A stretch of 64,000 nt of DNA from Piromyces finnis finn (GCA_002104945.1 MCFH01000065.1:124001-188000), one strand, 5' to 3'. Positions 39,953 through 54,073 are shown, numbered from the stretch's first letter. The notes: generated from the letters alone by a model not told the origin. Program-made: numbers and translations.

Positions 39953-40524
39953 AATAAACCTTTGTTCTTCTACGACCAAGGTAAAAAATAAAAACAATAA
40001 TTTGTAATACCAGGGATTTCAATATGATATAAATTATATTAATTGTAATACAAAAGTAGAATAATGTATCACAATAATTGTACAATTGTATTATTATATT
40101 TATTTTATATTATTTAAAGTTTATTAATATTAATGGCGTTTGAATTTTAAATTGTATTATTCATAATTTCTGTATACATAATTAATAATAATGTATAATT
40201 TGTTGCTTGTTTTCAATAGGTCTAATAAATATTTAATACGAATACATTAAATTAATACAAATACATAAATTGATGGTTTTGTAGAATAATGTAGTAATTC
40301 AATAATGTAAGTCAAAAAATTGATGAATTAATATATATGATTGTTAATCGTTTATATTACTTCATTGCCATATACTATATCCTAAATATGAAAATTTTTA
40401 TTAAATCATATGGTAATTTATGGAGTTATATAAAAATATCAACGTGTTGTTGCTGCTGTTAGTATTGTTTTTAACTTTATAAAAACTAAAAATTTTCTAT
40501 TGATTTATAGCAATATTTTCAATA

Positions 40525-40595
40525 TTTTCACTAGAAAAAAATGGTTTAACAATACCAGATTCTAAAATTTTACCTTTTTCATATGTTTTTCTAAA

Positions 40596-40627
<32 letters not shown>

Positions 40628-41540
40628 ATCATAGATTCTAACCCATTTTTCGGTTTGGGCTTCAATATTATCTTTTTGAAATTCTTCAAAACTGATATCA
40701 TCCATGTTTTAATAATTTAATCCACTAATTTTCTTTATTAACTTACCATTTATATCATAATACATATACTTCTTTCCTCGAATATACATCTTCTTAATTT
40801 GTTTAAAATCCCAACCATCTTTTAATTCATCTGATTGATTTTTATCCATTAACTTTTTATTTCCTTTAATAAAATTTGAGCATGGCTATCAACTTTTAAT
40901 AATTCATTCATTCTTGACCACAATTTAAATCTGGATTTCGCTGTTATAAAACTAATTAATTGATAACATGTTTTCGAATTTATATAATCATCATATAATA
41001 ACCATTTCCAATCATCAAAAGCATCATAATATGTGTATTTATAAAGTTTTCTTTTATTAACCAGTTCTTCCAAATTTTTACATAAAGTTCTCTGTGTCAT
41101 AACAAATCTTTGACCAAAACCTCCTATTGTTCTATTCATTAAAAATTTTGGTCCTATTTTTTCAGTTGGAGTTTTAGCTTGTTTTTTTTTTATACCAATG
41201 CCGCTCGAAAAGATTGACAATAAATCAAGAGTCAAATATATAAGTATTTTTAATAATATCAATATTATCTTTTAAAACTTCATATTCAAGATTCCACATA
41301 AATAGTAACGTTGGTAAATCATAATTTTCTGAAATTAATATATATTCTTTTTTATATAGTGAAAGAATTGAATAAAAGGTTTAATATTTAGTAATAACAT
41401 CCATTGCTCACATTACATTTTCTTTTGGTATTTCATGTTGTATTCTTAATAATTTACCAGAGGTTATATCTTGAACTACGGATGGATACATAGAAACTTT
41501 ATCGGTAACTGTAATAAATTTTCATTATCAGATTCTGTTA
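40525..41540 (-). pseudogene. Relic of the polymerase domain of a protein-primed family B DNA polymerase (pPolB)
   Basis: Across stops and frameshifts: motif A TVTDKVSMYPSVV (41480-41503 core), motif B KIGPKFLMNRTIGGFGQR (41110-41148), then YQLISFITAKSRFKLW. After QIL a deletion removes the YxDTDS motif; the frame resumes at FIKGNKK, followed by DGWDFKQ...RGKKYMY. Order and spacing fit pPolB. Confidence 0.7.
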
Positions 41541-43637
41541 ATAAAAGTAATTAATTAAATGTAAAGAATGATATTATTTATAAAAAAAATATATATATAT
41601 ACATTTAGAATACTCTAATCCTTTTAATAATAAAAAATAATATTTTTTAATTTTTTAAAAAAAAAAAAAAAAAAAAAAAGCTTTTTTTAATTTTAAACGT
41701 CATTATCATAATATTATAATTCATTTTTAAAAGCATAGATGAATAATTTACACAATAAATCTATAAAACTTATTTTGTCTATATGATATAAAAAAATTAA
41801 AATTATTTTATAATATTCTTTTTATTGTATATGAAGACATTTTATGATAAAATTAGTATGAGTAAAACAAAAAATATAAAAATAATATTTAATATTTAAT
41901 GATATATTCATGATATATTCTAATATTTTATTCAAGTAAAGAATAATAATTGTTAAATGTACTGATCATGCAAGTGTATAACCTGAACTAGGCTTGATGT
42001 TAACGATGCTTTAATAAAAAATCATAAAGTAGTTTTAAATACATTACATTTACAATAATAATATATTGTACGTATAAAAAAGGCCCTAGCCATTCATTTA
42101 TCACCATAACATTCATCTTTTTAAAAATTTAAAAATACTTAATTATAGACATCCTATTAAAAAATTTCAGTTAATAATATATATGAGTTATATATTTGAA
42201 TTAATTCTTCTATATATTTTATTTATTAAAATATCTCAGCAGGAAATTTTAATACGATTTTTTTTATATTTGAATTTAGACGTTTCATCGTTTCATCGTT
42301 TCATTGTTTTATCGCGAATTCTAATCTCTAGTTCCTAATTTATAGAGTGGATTTTTTTATTTTTTTTTTATTTAAAAGTTGAATTAAGATTTTTTATTTT
42401 TTTAGAAAAGTACAACACCCAATTGTTATTAATAATTGAAAAAGGAACAATATAATCATTGTTCATTTTATTATTTCTTTTATTATCATTAACAAGAATG
42501 TCAAGTCATAAAATATTAGTTGCTGCAGTTAAAAACGCTTTAACATCCTTTTTTTAAAGATATTTTTGCACTTTGAAAAATTTTAAATTGTAAATTATAA
42601 ATCTATTATTATTTCTTTTACAAATATATTAAAGTACTAAAATATTAGAATAAGGATTAGGGGAAAATATCGTTAATTACTTTTCTATAAAATAACAAAT
42701 ATTATATAAAAATGGACTAACTTTTTTTTTTTTCATTATTGTTGATTAAAAATAAAAATATTAATTAAAAAGTTTGATAATTCTAACCTTTTATATATAA
42801 ATAATAAAGTAATTTACATAATACTAACCCTTTGGTTATAAATAAAATAATGTATTATTATCTATTATATAAATCATTCTTTATATTATAATTAAAAAAT
42901 AGTTTTCTATTTTGTTATTTTGTTACAAAGTAATAATATTACTAATAAAAGAAATTTTTTAAAGCCAAGTAAATAAAAGTATTCAAAGAACAATAATAAA
43001 ATATTAAATAAAATTTTCTTTAATTAAACATAATAATCATAATGTTAATAACTTTTTTTATTTAATATTATTATTGAAAATGAGAGTAAATGATAGATTT
43101 ATTGATTTTATTAATAGAAATAAAATAATTTAGATTAATTAAACTTTATATATATATATTGTAAGATCTTTCTCAATGTGAATAATTTTAACTCTTATGC
43201 ATAGATGAAAAAAGAAAATATATTATATATTAAATGTATATGTATATATATGAATCGTAATATTAAAACTGTTTTTTACGTTTTATTTTTATTCTCTTAT
43301 AACTCATATAAATAATAAAAAAAACAGATCTATCATCAATAAGGCATAATAATTTCTAATTTACAACTACTATAATATTTTTATTATTTCTTGTATTTGA
43401 AAATATTAAGTATTAATGCATTGAAATATAGAATTAATAATTTATTATAGTTTCATCTTCCCACATAAATAATGATATTAATTATATGAATAATCCCGTG
43501 CTGAACATAATTAAATAATAGATCATTTTATATATTAACATAAATATATGTAAATTTATAATAAATTCCTTTTTAGCTAATTTTATAGAAATTAAAGTTT
43601 TTATTGGAAAAAAAATTTTTATTTAAAAAGTTAAATA

Positions 43638-44182
43638 ATGGAATAATCAAAATATCAATTCATTAAATAAAAGAAAGTAATAATTTTACTCTACCACAAT
43701 TAATAATATTGGAAAAGGACCTTCGAAAATATGAAGAAGAAATAATAGATATAAGAATAGAAGAATTAAAAGAAATTTCTGAAAAAGAAATTGCTTTTCA
43801 AAGTTTAAAAAGCTTAATTATTAATAATAAAGATTATAATGTTACAAATATTGGTGATAACCTTTTTGTCTTTATTAAAAAAGGCAGAAAATTTAGAAAC
43901 AATAGAACTAAAGCATTTAAGATTAAACAATATTTCAAAAAAAGTCCTTAGTTTGAAGAAAATAAAAAAATTATATTTTGAATTTAACCAAATCGACAAA
44001 TTATCAAAAGGAATAGCGGTATAAATGAATTAACAGATTCAATAAAATAAGCGAATTACCAAAGGAAAGTAACTTGACCAATTTAACCAATTTAAATCTC
44101 AATAGAAATTACTTGACGACTTTGCCAAGAGAAATAGATCACTTAACCGAATTAACCAATTTAATCAATTAACACTACTACT

Positions 44183-44213
<31 letters not shown>

Positions 44214-46170
44214 AAATTTAACTAAATTAACTAGTATAAATCTTAGAGAAGTAAATTTTCTTCTTTTTCAAAAGAAATTATTTATTTATAAAATTAACCT
44301 ATTTAAGTCTTAAATACAATAATTTGAAAGAAATTGATATTGAACCAAATTAACTTGTTTAAATATTGAAGGTAACTATTTCACTTTTTACCAAAGGAAA
44401 TAGGAAATTTAAACAATTTAAACAATTTGACCTATATGTCAGAAATAATCAATAAGTGAACTTTCAAAAGAAATAGGAAAATTAACAAAGTTAGTAAAAT
44501 TAAATCTCAAAGATAATAATTAACTGAATTAATTAAATAAATTGGAAGTTTAATCCATTTAACCAATTTAAATTTTGAATCTATTCAATTTGATGAACTT
44601 CCATAGAAAATAGGAGATTTAACTTGTTTAAATATCGAAGGTAATTATTTCACTGCTTTACCAAAGGAAATAGGAAATTTAAACAATTTGTCTTATTTAA
44701 ATGTTAGAGATAATCAATTAAGTGAACTTCCAAAAGAAATAGGAAAATTAACCAAGTTGGTAAAATTAAATCTAAAGGATAATCAATTAAGTGAATTACC
44801 TAAAGAAATTAGAAGTTTAATCCATTTAACAAATTTAAATTTTGAATCTAATCAGTTAGATGAGCTTCCAAAGGAAATAGGAAATTTAATTCATTTAAAC
44901 AATTTAAATTTAAGTTTTAATAATTTAACGACTTTATCAGAAAAAATAAAATAGTTAATTCATTTAAGCATTTTAATTATTAAATATAATAAGCCAGTCG
45001 AATTACCAATTGAAATAGTAAATTTAACTAGTTTAACGAGTTTGAATCTTGATGAAAACCAATTTTTTGATTTACCGAAAGAAATAGGAAAATTAACTAA
45101 ATTAATTTATCCTGTTTAAATATTGAAGAAAATAATTTAACTTCTTTACCAAAAGAAATAGGTGAATTAAACAATTTAACTACTTTAGATCTTAAACTAA
45201 ATCATTTAACAACCTTACCGAAAGATATAGTTAATTTAACCAATTTAACAACATTAAATCTTGAAGGAAATAAGTTCACCGCTTTATCAGAAGAAATAGG
45301 AAAATTAACCAATTTAACCAACTTAATTATTAAACATAATACATTAACTCATTTACCAAGAGAAATTGGAAATCTAATTTATTTAACCCATTTAAATTTT
45401 AGCTGTATCATTTAGTTTCTTTTCCAAAGGAAATAGTAAAGTTAATCAAAATAATCCATTTGAATATTTCTACAAATGATATAAAGGAATTTCCAAATGA
45501 AATAGGAAATTTAACCAATTTAACCAACATCTCCTTTACAAATAATAAAATTAAAAGATTACCTAAGGAAATAGGTAATTTAATAAAATTAACTGATATG
45601 TTCATGGGCAATAATCAAATTGAGGAATTACCAAAGGAAATAGGAAATCTAACCAAATTAAACAATTTAAATATAAACAATAATAAACTAGTGGAGTTAC
45701 CAAAAGAAATAATAAATTTAACCAATTTGATAAATTTGAGTATTTGTGGAAATCAAATAACAAAGCTACCAAAAGAAATAGGAAATCTTTCAAAATTAAC
45801 CGAATTATATCTTTCCAATAATCAAATCATTGAATTACCAAAAGAAATAAAAAACTTGACAAATTTAAGTATTTTAAATGTAGATAAACCATTATCCATA
45901 TAACAATACGTCGATGATTTCTATAGTGGTAAAATATATTTGAAGAAACGCAAATTAACAAAGCTTCCTTACGATACTATCAATATGAATAATATAACAG
46001 AAATAGATGTCAGTGATAATCAATTAACCAAATTTCCATCCCTTATCACTTTAAAAGATTACCTTAAAGGATCATATTATTTAGTATCTATCATTAATTT
46101 ATTTATATTATTTAGAATGAAATATCTATTACAAGATCAAGATTTAATTAAATTATTTAAAATATGACAA
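43638..46170 (+). pseudogene. LRR pseudogene, paralog of 31824..34337
   Basis: ATG GAA TAA at 43638, many stops and frameshifts, same ELPKEIGNLTNL repeats. The non-repeat ends match the intact gene (IEELKEISEKEI vs IDELKEIPVEEL; YDTINMNNITEIDVSDNQLT vs YDIVNIKGLEEIDISDNQLT; LVSIINLF...KYLL...IKLFKI vs VISVINLI...KYSL...IKLFDI). Confidence 0.9.
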
Positions 46171-46700
46171 ATTCATTTTATTAAAAGTTAAAAATGAAGA
46201 AAGTTTTATTTATATAGAAGAAAACTTAAATATTATATATATATATATAAATATATATTTTTAAATATTGTAAATATTTATGTCAATATTAACAAATACT
46301 ATCAATTAAAATAACTTTTTACTTTACAAGAATGGCAGGCTAGGGATATAGGGTTTTTATTTTACATATGAGCATTAATTCAATTAAAAAAATATTAAAC
46401 GTTTTTTAATCATTTCAATTTTTATATATGAATTTTTTTAAAGTCTTCATTTATGTAAGTATAAATATTTAAAATATTAATTATTTCTACAATGTATAAG
46501 AATATAATACAAATGTATGACTAATATAATAACATGTAATGTAAAAAAACAAAAACAATGTAGATGTATAATCCATATAGTTCTAGCCTTTTAATTTAAA
46601 ACTATTTATTAAGTAAGCCTTATTTGATATAGATTAGTTTTAGTTAAATTTCAATAGTTATAAAATACATGATAAACATTTTAGTATTTAGACAGATAGA

Positions 46701-49215
46701 AATATTTATTATTTTTTTTATATATTTCTTTGTTAAATTATGTGATTTTCTATTATTTAAAATAAATAAAACTATTATTAAATACACTTTTTATTTTTAA
46801 AAAAAGCATTTATTTTATTATACAAAAAAAAAAAAAAAGACAATATAGTAAAATAGATAAAATATATTTTCCATAATAGTCTTTTTTCTTTAACTATATT
46901 AAATATGCCAAAAAATCTATTTTAATAATAAAAATATATAATGAATTAATTAAAGAATAAAATAATATATGTAAATTTATATATTAATTTATATTATCTA
47001 ATATAATAGAAAATATTTACTAATGCATAAGTAAAAAGTAATTAATAAATATAATCGATAAGACTATAATTAAAGAGTTAAGAACAATTCTACTACTATT
47101 TTCATTATAGTACAAATTTCAAAATATTTTTATACTTTTTTTTATTAATTATAAAAATAAAAAAATAAATTCTTTAATCGAACTACACATTAACACAACC
47201 ATACCTATAAAATGCCTATAAAATCTTAAATCATTATTATTTAGAAATAGAGCTTTAAAAAAAGTATATAACTTTCTTTGTTTATTTAATTGATGATTAA
47301 AATGTTTTTAAAACTAATTTTTAGTTCAATTAAATAAAATATAAAAAGTTATAGTTGAATGATCCATTTATACATTATATTAAAATTTATATTAATTTAT
47401 ACAATAATATATAATATGTTTATATTACAAATATAATAAATAATATTAATATTATATTAAAATAAATTAGAAATTAAATAACAATATATAAATATAATAT
47501 ATTTAACATTTAATAAAATTTTTTATTACAAATTATAAGCATAAATAAAATAACAAAATAATTTTATTTAAATGTTTTTTGTTTATTTCGTAAAATAATG
47601 AACTGGTTTTAAAAAATATTTTAAATAATATTTATCTGAATTCTTATATTCATTCTCTTATTATTTATATATCTATTTATTTAAATGACAAAAAACTAGT
47701 TTTTATTATTATTTTATAAAAAAAAACCTATTTATTAATAAAAAATTCAAACCTTTTTTTAATTTTTATTTTTTTGATGTAAATCGATTATACCAAAAGA
47801 AAACCTTTTTTTTAGGGTTTCTCATATATTAAAATAAAATTAAATTAATTTATTTATAATATTTAAAGTTTTCTAAATAAAAAATAATATTAATTTAATA
47901 TACAAAATAATAAAATTTTATTATAAATAAAGTTATTAATTATTTTGTACCAATCATATTGTTAATAGCGTTTTACTCATTTATTCTAAATAAATTAATT
48001 TCCAAATATGGTCAGATTATCTTTTACTTTTTAGGAAAAAACAATAATTAAATTAAGATAGCTATTCAGAATTTATTATATTACATTCTATTTACATTCT
48101 ATTAAAATACGTACAATAAATAAAAGAAAATTTAAAAAAAAAAAAAAAACAAAAGCAAAAACAAAAAAATAAATAAAAATTCAAATAGGTTTATTATTTA
48201 ATAATTTATTTGGTGTTTTTTTTCTTTCTATTTATATTATAATAAAAAAGATAGGTTATCATCATTGAATTTTATTACCAAATGTTAAATGTTGGTAAAA
48301 TATTAAAAATTAAAGATAATTTTTCTTTTTTGAATTTTTATATAATTAAAGCCAATTTTTAATTATTCAAATCTTTTTTTATATAATCAATTTTCCTTTT
48401 CTCATAATATTTATTTTTTTAAGAAAATAAAAATTGTATATTTATTATCATGTTTGATTTAATTTATTATTTTAATTAAAATTAATTTATTTAAATTAAA
48501 ATTAATTTATTTAATTTAGAGATTCGAAATAGTTTTGGCATAATTTTATCTTTATTTTAGATTAATCTCTTTGTATCATAGATGATGCACTGATGGTAAA
48601 GGATACATAAAAATGAATAAAATTGAGTATTTTAATATACTAATATAATATAGTCCAACTAAATCTAAATAAGAAATAATTGTTTTATAGTCTTATTTGA
48701 TTCATATTATTATGCTAAATGATTGGTTTCACATTGATTTATTGCTCTAAAGTCCAAAACACACTGCATGGAATTAGTCCACAATAACAAGTCAAAAGTC
48801 GGAAGTCTAATAAAGCCTAATAAACATAAATATATTAGAGTATGTTTATAATATAATATTGCTTTTTATTTTTTTATAATTACTCTATAGTAAATCAAAC
48901 GATATCAAGTGACATTCTATATTAAACAAAAACATTTCCTTTTCAGCTATTTATTTTGTAACAAAGAATAAAAAAAGACAATGCTTGATATATTGACCAT
49001 GTAATAAAAATGAAAATGACAATATTTAAAATATTTACCGAGAGAGCTTGATAGGTAATACAGGTAATACATGGTATAAACTAAAAAATGAATATTTATT
49101 TACATTATATATTATTATCAATAAAAAATAACATTAATAACAGTAATAACAAAAGTAAAATATAAAATTTAAATTATTTTTTTTATATTTACATACAATA
49201 AACATCATCATCATC

Positions 49216-49256
<41 letters not shown>

Positions 49257-50766
49257 TATAATATATATATAATTTATTTAAATACTAAATAATAAAACAA
49301 TAGTAAATACTAATAATAAAGTAAGGTAGTAAATATAAAAAGAAATAAATAAATATATCTATTTAATAATTTTTAAAATTCATAAGAAATAAAATTTATA
49401 TTCATATTCATATACTAAAAAGAGGTATAAATTAAAAAATTAATTTATTTTTAATAATTTTATTTTTTTGTGTAGAATAAGAAAACAAAAATACAAAAAA
49501 TATATATATAGAGAGAAATATAACTTTTTTTTTTTTCATTAGTTGTTGAATTTAAAAATAATAAATAAATAGTATCAAATAGTTTTTTTTAAATATTAAT
49601 TGTAAGTAAAATAATATTATTATTACTTGATAAAAATATATTTTTTTCATTAATGGTATTCCTATCAACTTTTATTAAAAGGAATTATAGAGTGTAAATA
49701 AAAATGGGTAAAGACTCTTCAAGTGATAATCCATATAGTAGATTCTTAATGCCTGAAGTTCCTAGCTTTTTCAAAGTAAGTAGTAATAATTAGTACTTTT
49801 TAAAATAATTCAAAGAATATTTAAAATTATTTATTTATTCATTATTATTATCATTTTTTATCATTTTTTATTTTTATCGGATAACACTTACAAGATATTA
49901 AATGATGCAGCTTCTTTTGCTTCTGCAGTTGCCTCTACCTTTTCTACTACCAATATTACTAATACTACTAATACTACTAATGGTAATATTATCGATTTAG
50001 AAGCTTATGAAAAGGAAAAAGAAAAAGAAAAAGAAAATTTAGAAGACTATGAAGAAGAAAATATTAAAAGAAAACAAAAGAATTCAAACAAACATGAATA
50101 TAGATATGAATATGGAGGTAAAGATAAAGACAAAGGTAAAGATAAAGATGAAGATGAAGAGCCACAAATAATAACATCCATTATAATTTCATACATATCT
50201 GATGAAATTAAGGTTAATTTGATGCCATCTGAAAATGGAAATAAAAGAAAGCAACCAGATGACAGTCAAGAAAATAAAAATAAATCTTTTCAGGTATGTA
50301 TATAAACTATTATATTAATTTATTATTATTGACTAAATACTTTTATTGACTTCTTATATATATATATATAATATCATTATTATTTTTAAAATCATTATAA
50401 AATTATTATATTATGGTATTTAATAGAGAGAGGTAATTAAAAAAACAATACTCTTATAAAATTTTTATATACTGTGAATTAAATAAAATACTAATTTTAT
50501 TTTATTTTTATTTTTAAATTTATTACAAATGCATATTAAAAAAAGATTAAGAAATTAAGTCTAAGAAACAAAAAACACAAATTATTAAAGTAAAAAAAAA
50601 AAAATAATGTTTCAATATGTATAATATAAAATATTACCTGTAAATAATAACTTTATATATAAACTGATTATATCATTAAAGTTTTTAAATAAAAAAAAAT
50701 AAATCTTATTAAAAAGAATATTTACATTTTATTATCATTATTTTGTGTTTTTAACTTTTAATATTA
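46701..50766. repeat. Right arm (~4.07 kb) of the long inverted repeat
   Basis: Reverse complement of 35839..39952. Confidence 0.93.
49704..50305 (+). CDS. Putative spliced gene in the right IR arm, exons 49704..49775 and 49895..50293 (stop at 50303-50305 if not spliced further)
   Basis: GTAAGT donor at 49776, AG at 49893-49894, then a 399-nt stop-free exon (ILNDAASFASAVAST...EAYEKEKEKEKENLEDYEEE...NKRKQPDD...SFQ). Confidence 0.45.
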
Positions 50767-51068
50767 ATATTCATTATTAAATAAAGAGTTAACATTTTAG
50801 TATAATACTTATTTATAATTATATTACTTTTGTAATAATATTAAATTCAAACTTGTAAAATTTTTATTATTTATGTATTATTCATTTATTATATTAAAAA
50901 TATAGAATTTATAATTTAAAATTATATAAATGATAATCAAAAAGGTGAATTATTAGTAAGAGAAACATGGAAAATTATATTAACCAGTTTTCCATTTACC
51001 AAAATTTATATAATATTATCAAAAAGGTTAAGAGTAAATTCAGATTCAATTTTTGTAAAGCAAATATT

Positions 51069-53373
51069 GTCTTAAAATCATTTCAAAAATCGTAACTGAT
51101 AGAATTCCTAAGTATGCTTTTTCTCATAATTTTATAAGACCTGAGCAATTTGGTTTTCGTAATAAAGAAGAATGCATTTACTTATTTATTTCCATTACAG
51201 AAATCTGTCAAAGAAGAAAATTTAAAGGAAAAGCCACTTATATTGCCTTCCTTGACCTCAAAAAAGCATACGACTCGGTTCCTATTTTTAATATCCTTAC
51301 AAAGTTATATAAAATAGGTATAGGTGGTAAATGTTTTGATTTTCTCAATAATCTCTACTCTACCTCAAAAGCTCGTGCACGTTTCTTGGATATGCTTTCT
51401 AATGAATTCACTATCAATCGTGGTGTAAGACAAGGATGTCCTCTTTCTCCTATTCTATTTAATCTCTTCATCAACGATATTTTATATAAATGTGAAAGGC
51501 TTGGTATTAGTTTAGGAAATAAACAATGCTCTGGTGGCCTTTTTGCTGATGACATTGTTCTGATTGTTCCTAGCAAGAAGAACTTTCAGAAGATGTTTAA
51601 TCTAGTACTCGATTGGGCTAATTTATATGAAATGTCTTTTGGGATAAATAAGTGTGCAACTATTGTTGTTAAATCTATCAACTTTAATAGATCCCCTAGT
51701 TATGTCGACCAAGCATTTTACATCGGTATGTACTCTATTCCAAAGGCTTCTTGCTATACTTATCTTGGAACCCCGTTTGACGAAGATTTTTCTCTGACTC
51801 CTATTCTATGTGACAAGTACAAAAAAGTTCAAAAAATTTTATTCGCTTTCAAGAGCTTTCTTATCAGTAATTATGTTCCTATTGGTTTAAAAAATATAGT
51901 CATTTCTTTACAATGAGTTGCAGCCATTCATTTTTATATTTTAAATAAAGTCTCTTATTATGCTCCATTACTTGGTTCCAACAAAAATAGAACTAGAAGA
52001 GTCCAATCTCTTATCAATACTGCTGTTCTTTGGAGTGTCAATAGCTTCCATAATAAAAGTTTGTATAACAATGATTTTGTTTTTGAACGAAATTCATTTA
52101 TTAATTCATATGCTCTTACAAGGGATTTGAGGATTCCAACACTTTCATGTATTTGTGCTGCGCAACAAGTGAAATGCTTTGTTAAATGGAGAAAATCAAA
52201 CTGTAATATTAAAGATCTCGTCCGATCTATTCCTCCCATGTCTCATTACTCTTGGGCCAAAGAATCTTGTTCACTTCATAAGAAACTTATAAAAAGAAAT
52301 ATTAAAAGTACTAAAGATATTAAAGAACATTATTGGAATAATAGTAGCCTAAATAATGGAAGTAAGGCCCTCAGATATACTAACTACAAATTCTTTAATT
52401 TAAATCGCCTAATGCATACCGGTCTCAACAAATCTCACTTAAATTTAAGAATTACTTGGATTATTCGTATTCGATGCGGTTATGAAAACACTACCCGAAT
52501 TGCTATTGCCAGTAATAGAGTTACACCTGACTGCTCTCGTGTGTGTTCATGTTGCGGATATGATGAACAATCTTTTTACCATTGGCTATTAGAATGTTCT
52601 GCATTCTCTGAATACAAAACTTCTTCACTTAGCTTTCTTGACGATCTTTACCCTTTTTCATAATAAATACAATAATTTATTCATCACTTACTTACTCCCT
52701 GAGATGGAAGTAAGAAAAACAATTTATAACTATATTTTTACGTTTCTTCTTAGTGGAACTTTAGCTTATGATGAGCTACAAATCGATAAGGCGGAACAAA
52801 GACATTTGAATGAACAGCTTTACAGTTCATCAGTGTCTCATGTTCCATATGTTCCATATGTAGAGGGTTTCACGGTTTTTTTTATTACTAAAACAATCCC
52901 TATCATTAGTAGCTCAATAAAGCTACTTTTTGATAGGTTTAGTAAAACACATAATGTAATCAAGAGCGCCGATGGCGTACCAATATGTCAAAGGAACATT
53001 CTCAGTGTTCCGTACACAGGGTTCAATGTTAGTAGTTCATAATGAAAACATTATGAACTCATGGGAGAGTTTAGTGGACACCACACTATCATATTTGATG
53101 TTACTTTTCTTTTTTATTTCATTTAATTTATTAGGTAGAGGTAGGGATCATTCCCACACAGTATAAATTGTAAAGTTCATTGAACTTTTATGCAACTTAA
53201 ATAATCATAATTATTTTATTTTATTTTATTTTATATTTATATATATATATATATTATTATTTTTATTTATTATTTATTATATCAATATGTATTATCACCT
53301 AATATAATGTAATATTTCAAATTAAATAAATAAATACAGGAAGAAGTGTATTCTCTTTCTAGTCTAAAAAAAA
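51069..53373 (+). mobile_element. 5'-truncated LINE (non-LTR retrotransposon), family A, copy 1
   Basis: RT motifs PEQFGFR, DLKKAYDSV, GVRQGCPLSPILFNLFIND, LFADDIVL, YTYLG. C-terminal CSCC...HWLLEC Zn knuckle; 3' UTR ending CTAGTCT plus A8 (53366-53373). Frameshifted. Confidence 0.93.
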
Positions 53374-54073
53374 TAGTAATACATTTTAATTTTCTCCATT
53401 TAACAAAGCATTTCACTTGTTGCGCAGCACAAATACATGAAAGGGTAGGAATCCTCAAATCCCTTGTAAGAACATACAGACTAATAAATGAATTTCATTC
53501 AAAAATAAAATCATTATTATTTAAACTTTTATTGTAAAAGCTATTGACACTCTATAAAACAGCAGTATTGATAAGAGATTGGATTCTGCGAGTTCTATTT
53601 TTGTTGGAACCAAGTAATGGAGCATAATAAGAGACTTTACTTAAAATATAATAATGAATGGCTGCAATTCATTGTAAAGAAATGACTATATTTTTTAAAC
53701 CAATAGGGATACAATTGTTGGTAAAAAAGAGAATAATACTTTTTGTATTATTTTGTACATATTAGATGGAATAGGAGTCAGAGAAAGATCTTCGTCTAAC
53801 TGGATTCCAAGATAAGCATAACAAGAAACTTTTGGAATCGAGTAAATGTCAATGTAAAAGAGTGGATCTACATAACTAGGAGACCTATTAAAGTTGATAG
53901 ACTTAACAACAATAGCTGCACATTCATTTATTCCAAAAGACATTTCATTTAAATTAACTCAATCAAGAATTGGGTTGAGCATCTTTTGAAGGCTCTTCTT
54001 GCTAGAAGCAATCAGAATAATGTCATCAACAAAAAGGCCACCACAGCATCGTTTATTTCCTAAACTAACAACA
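53374..54073 (-). mobile_element. Older family A LINE fragment (outer layer of the nest)
   Basis: Reverse-strand match to the RT/post-RT region of copy 1. It ends at the 13-bp TSD TAAACTAACAACA (54061-54073), and its continuation AGCCTTT follows the second TSD copy at 59170. Confidence 0.85.

Noticed and set aside
35825-50780. Target-site duplication around the long IR unit
   Set aside because: The flanks (AAAATAGTAATG / ATATTCATTATT) are not direct repeats, so a transposition origin is not demonstrated.
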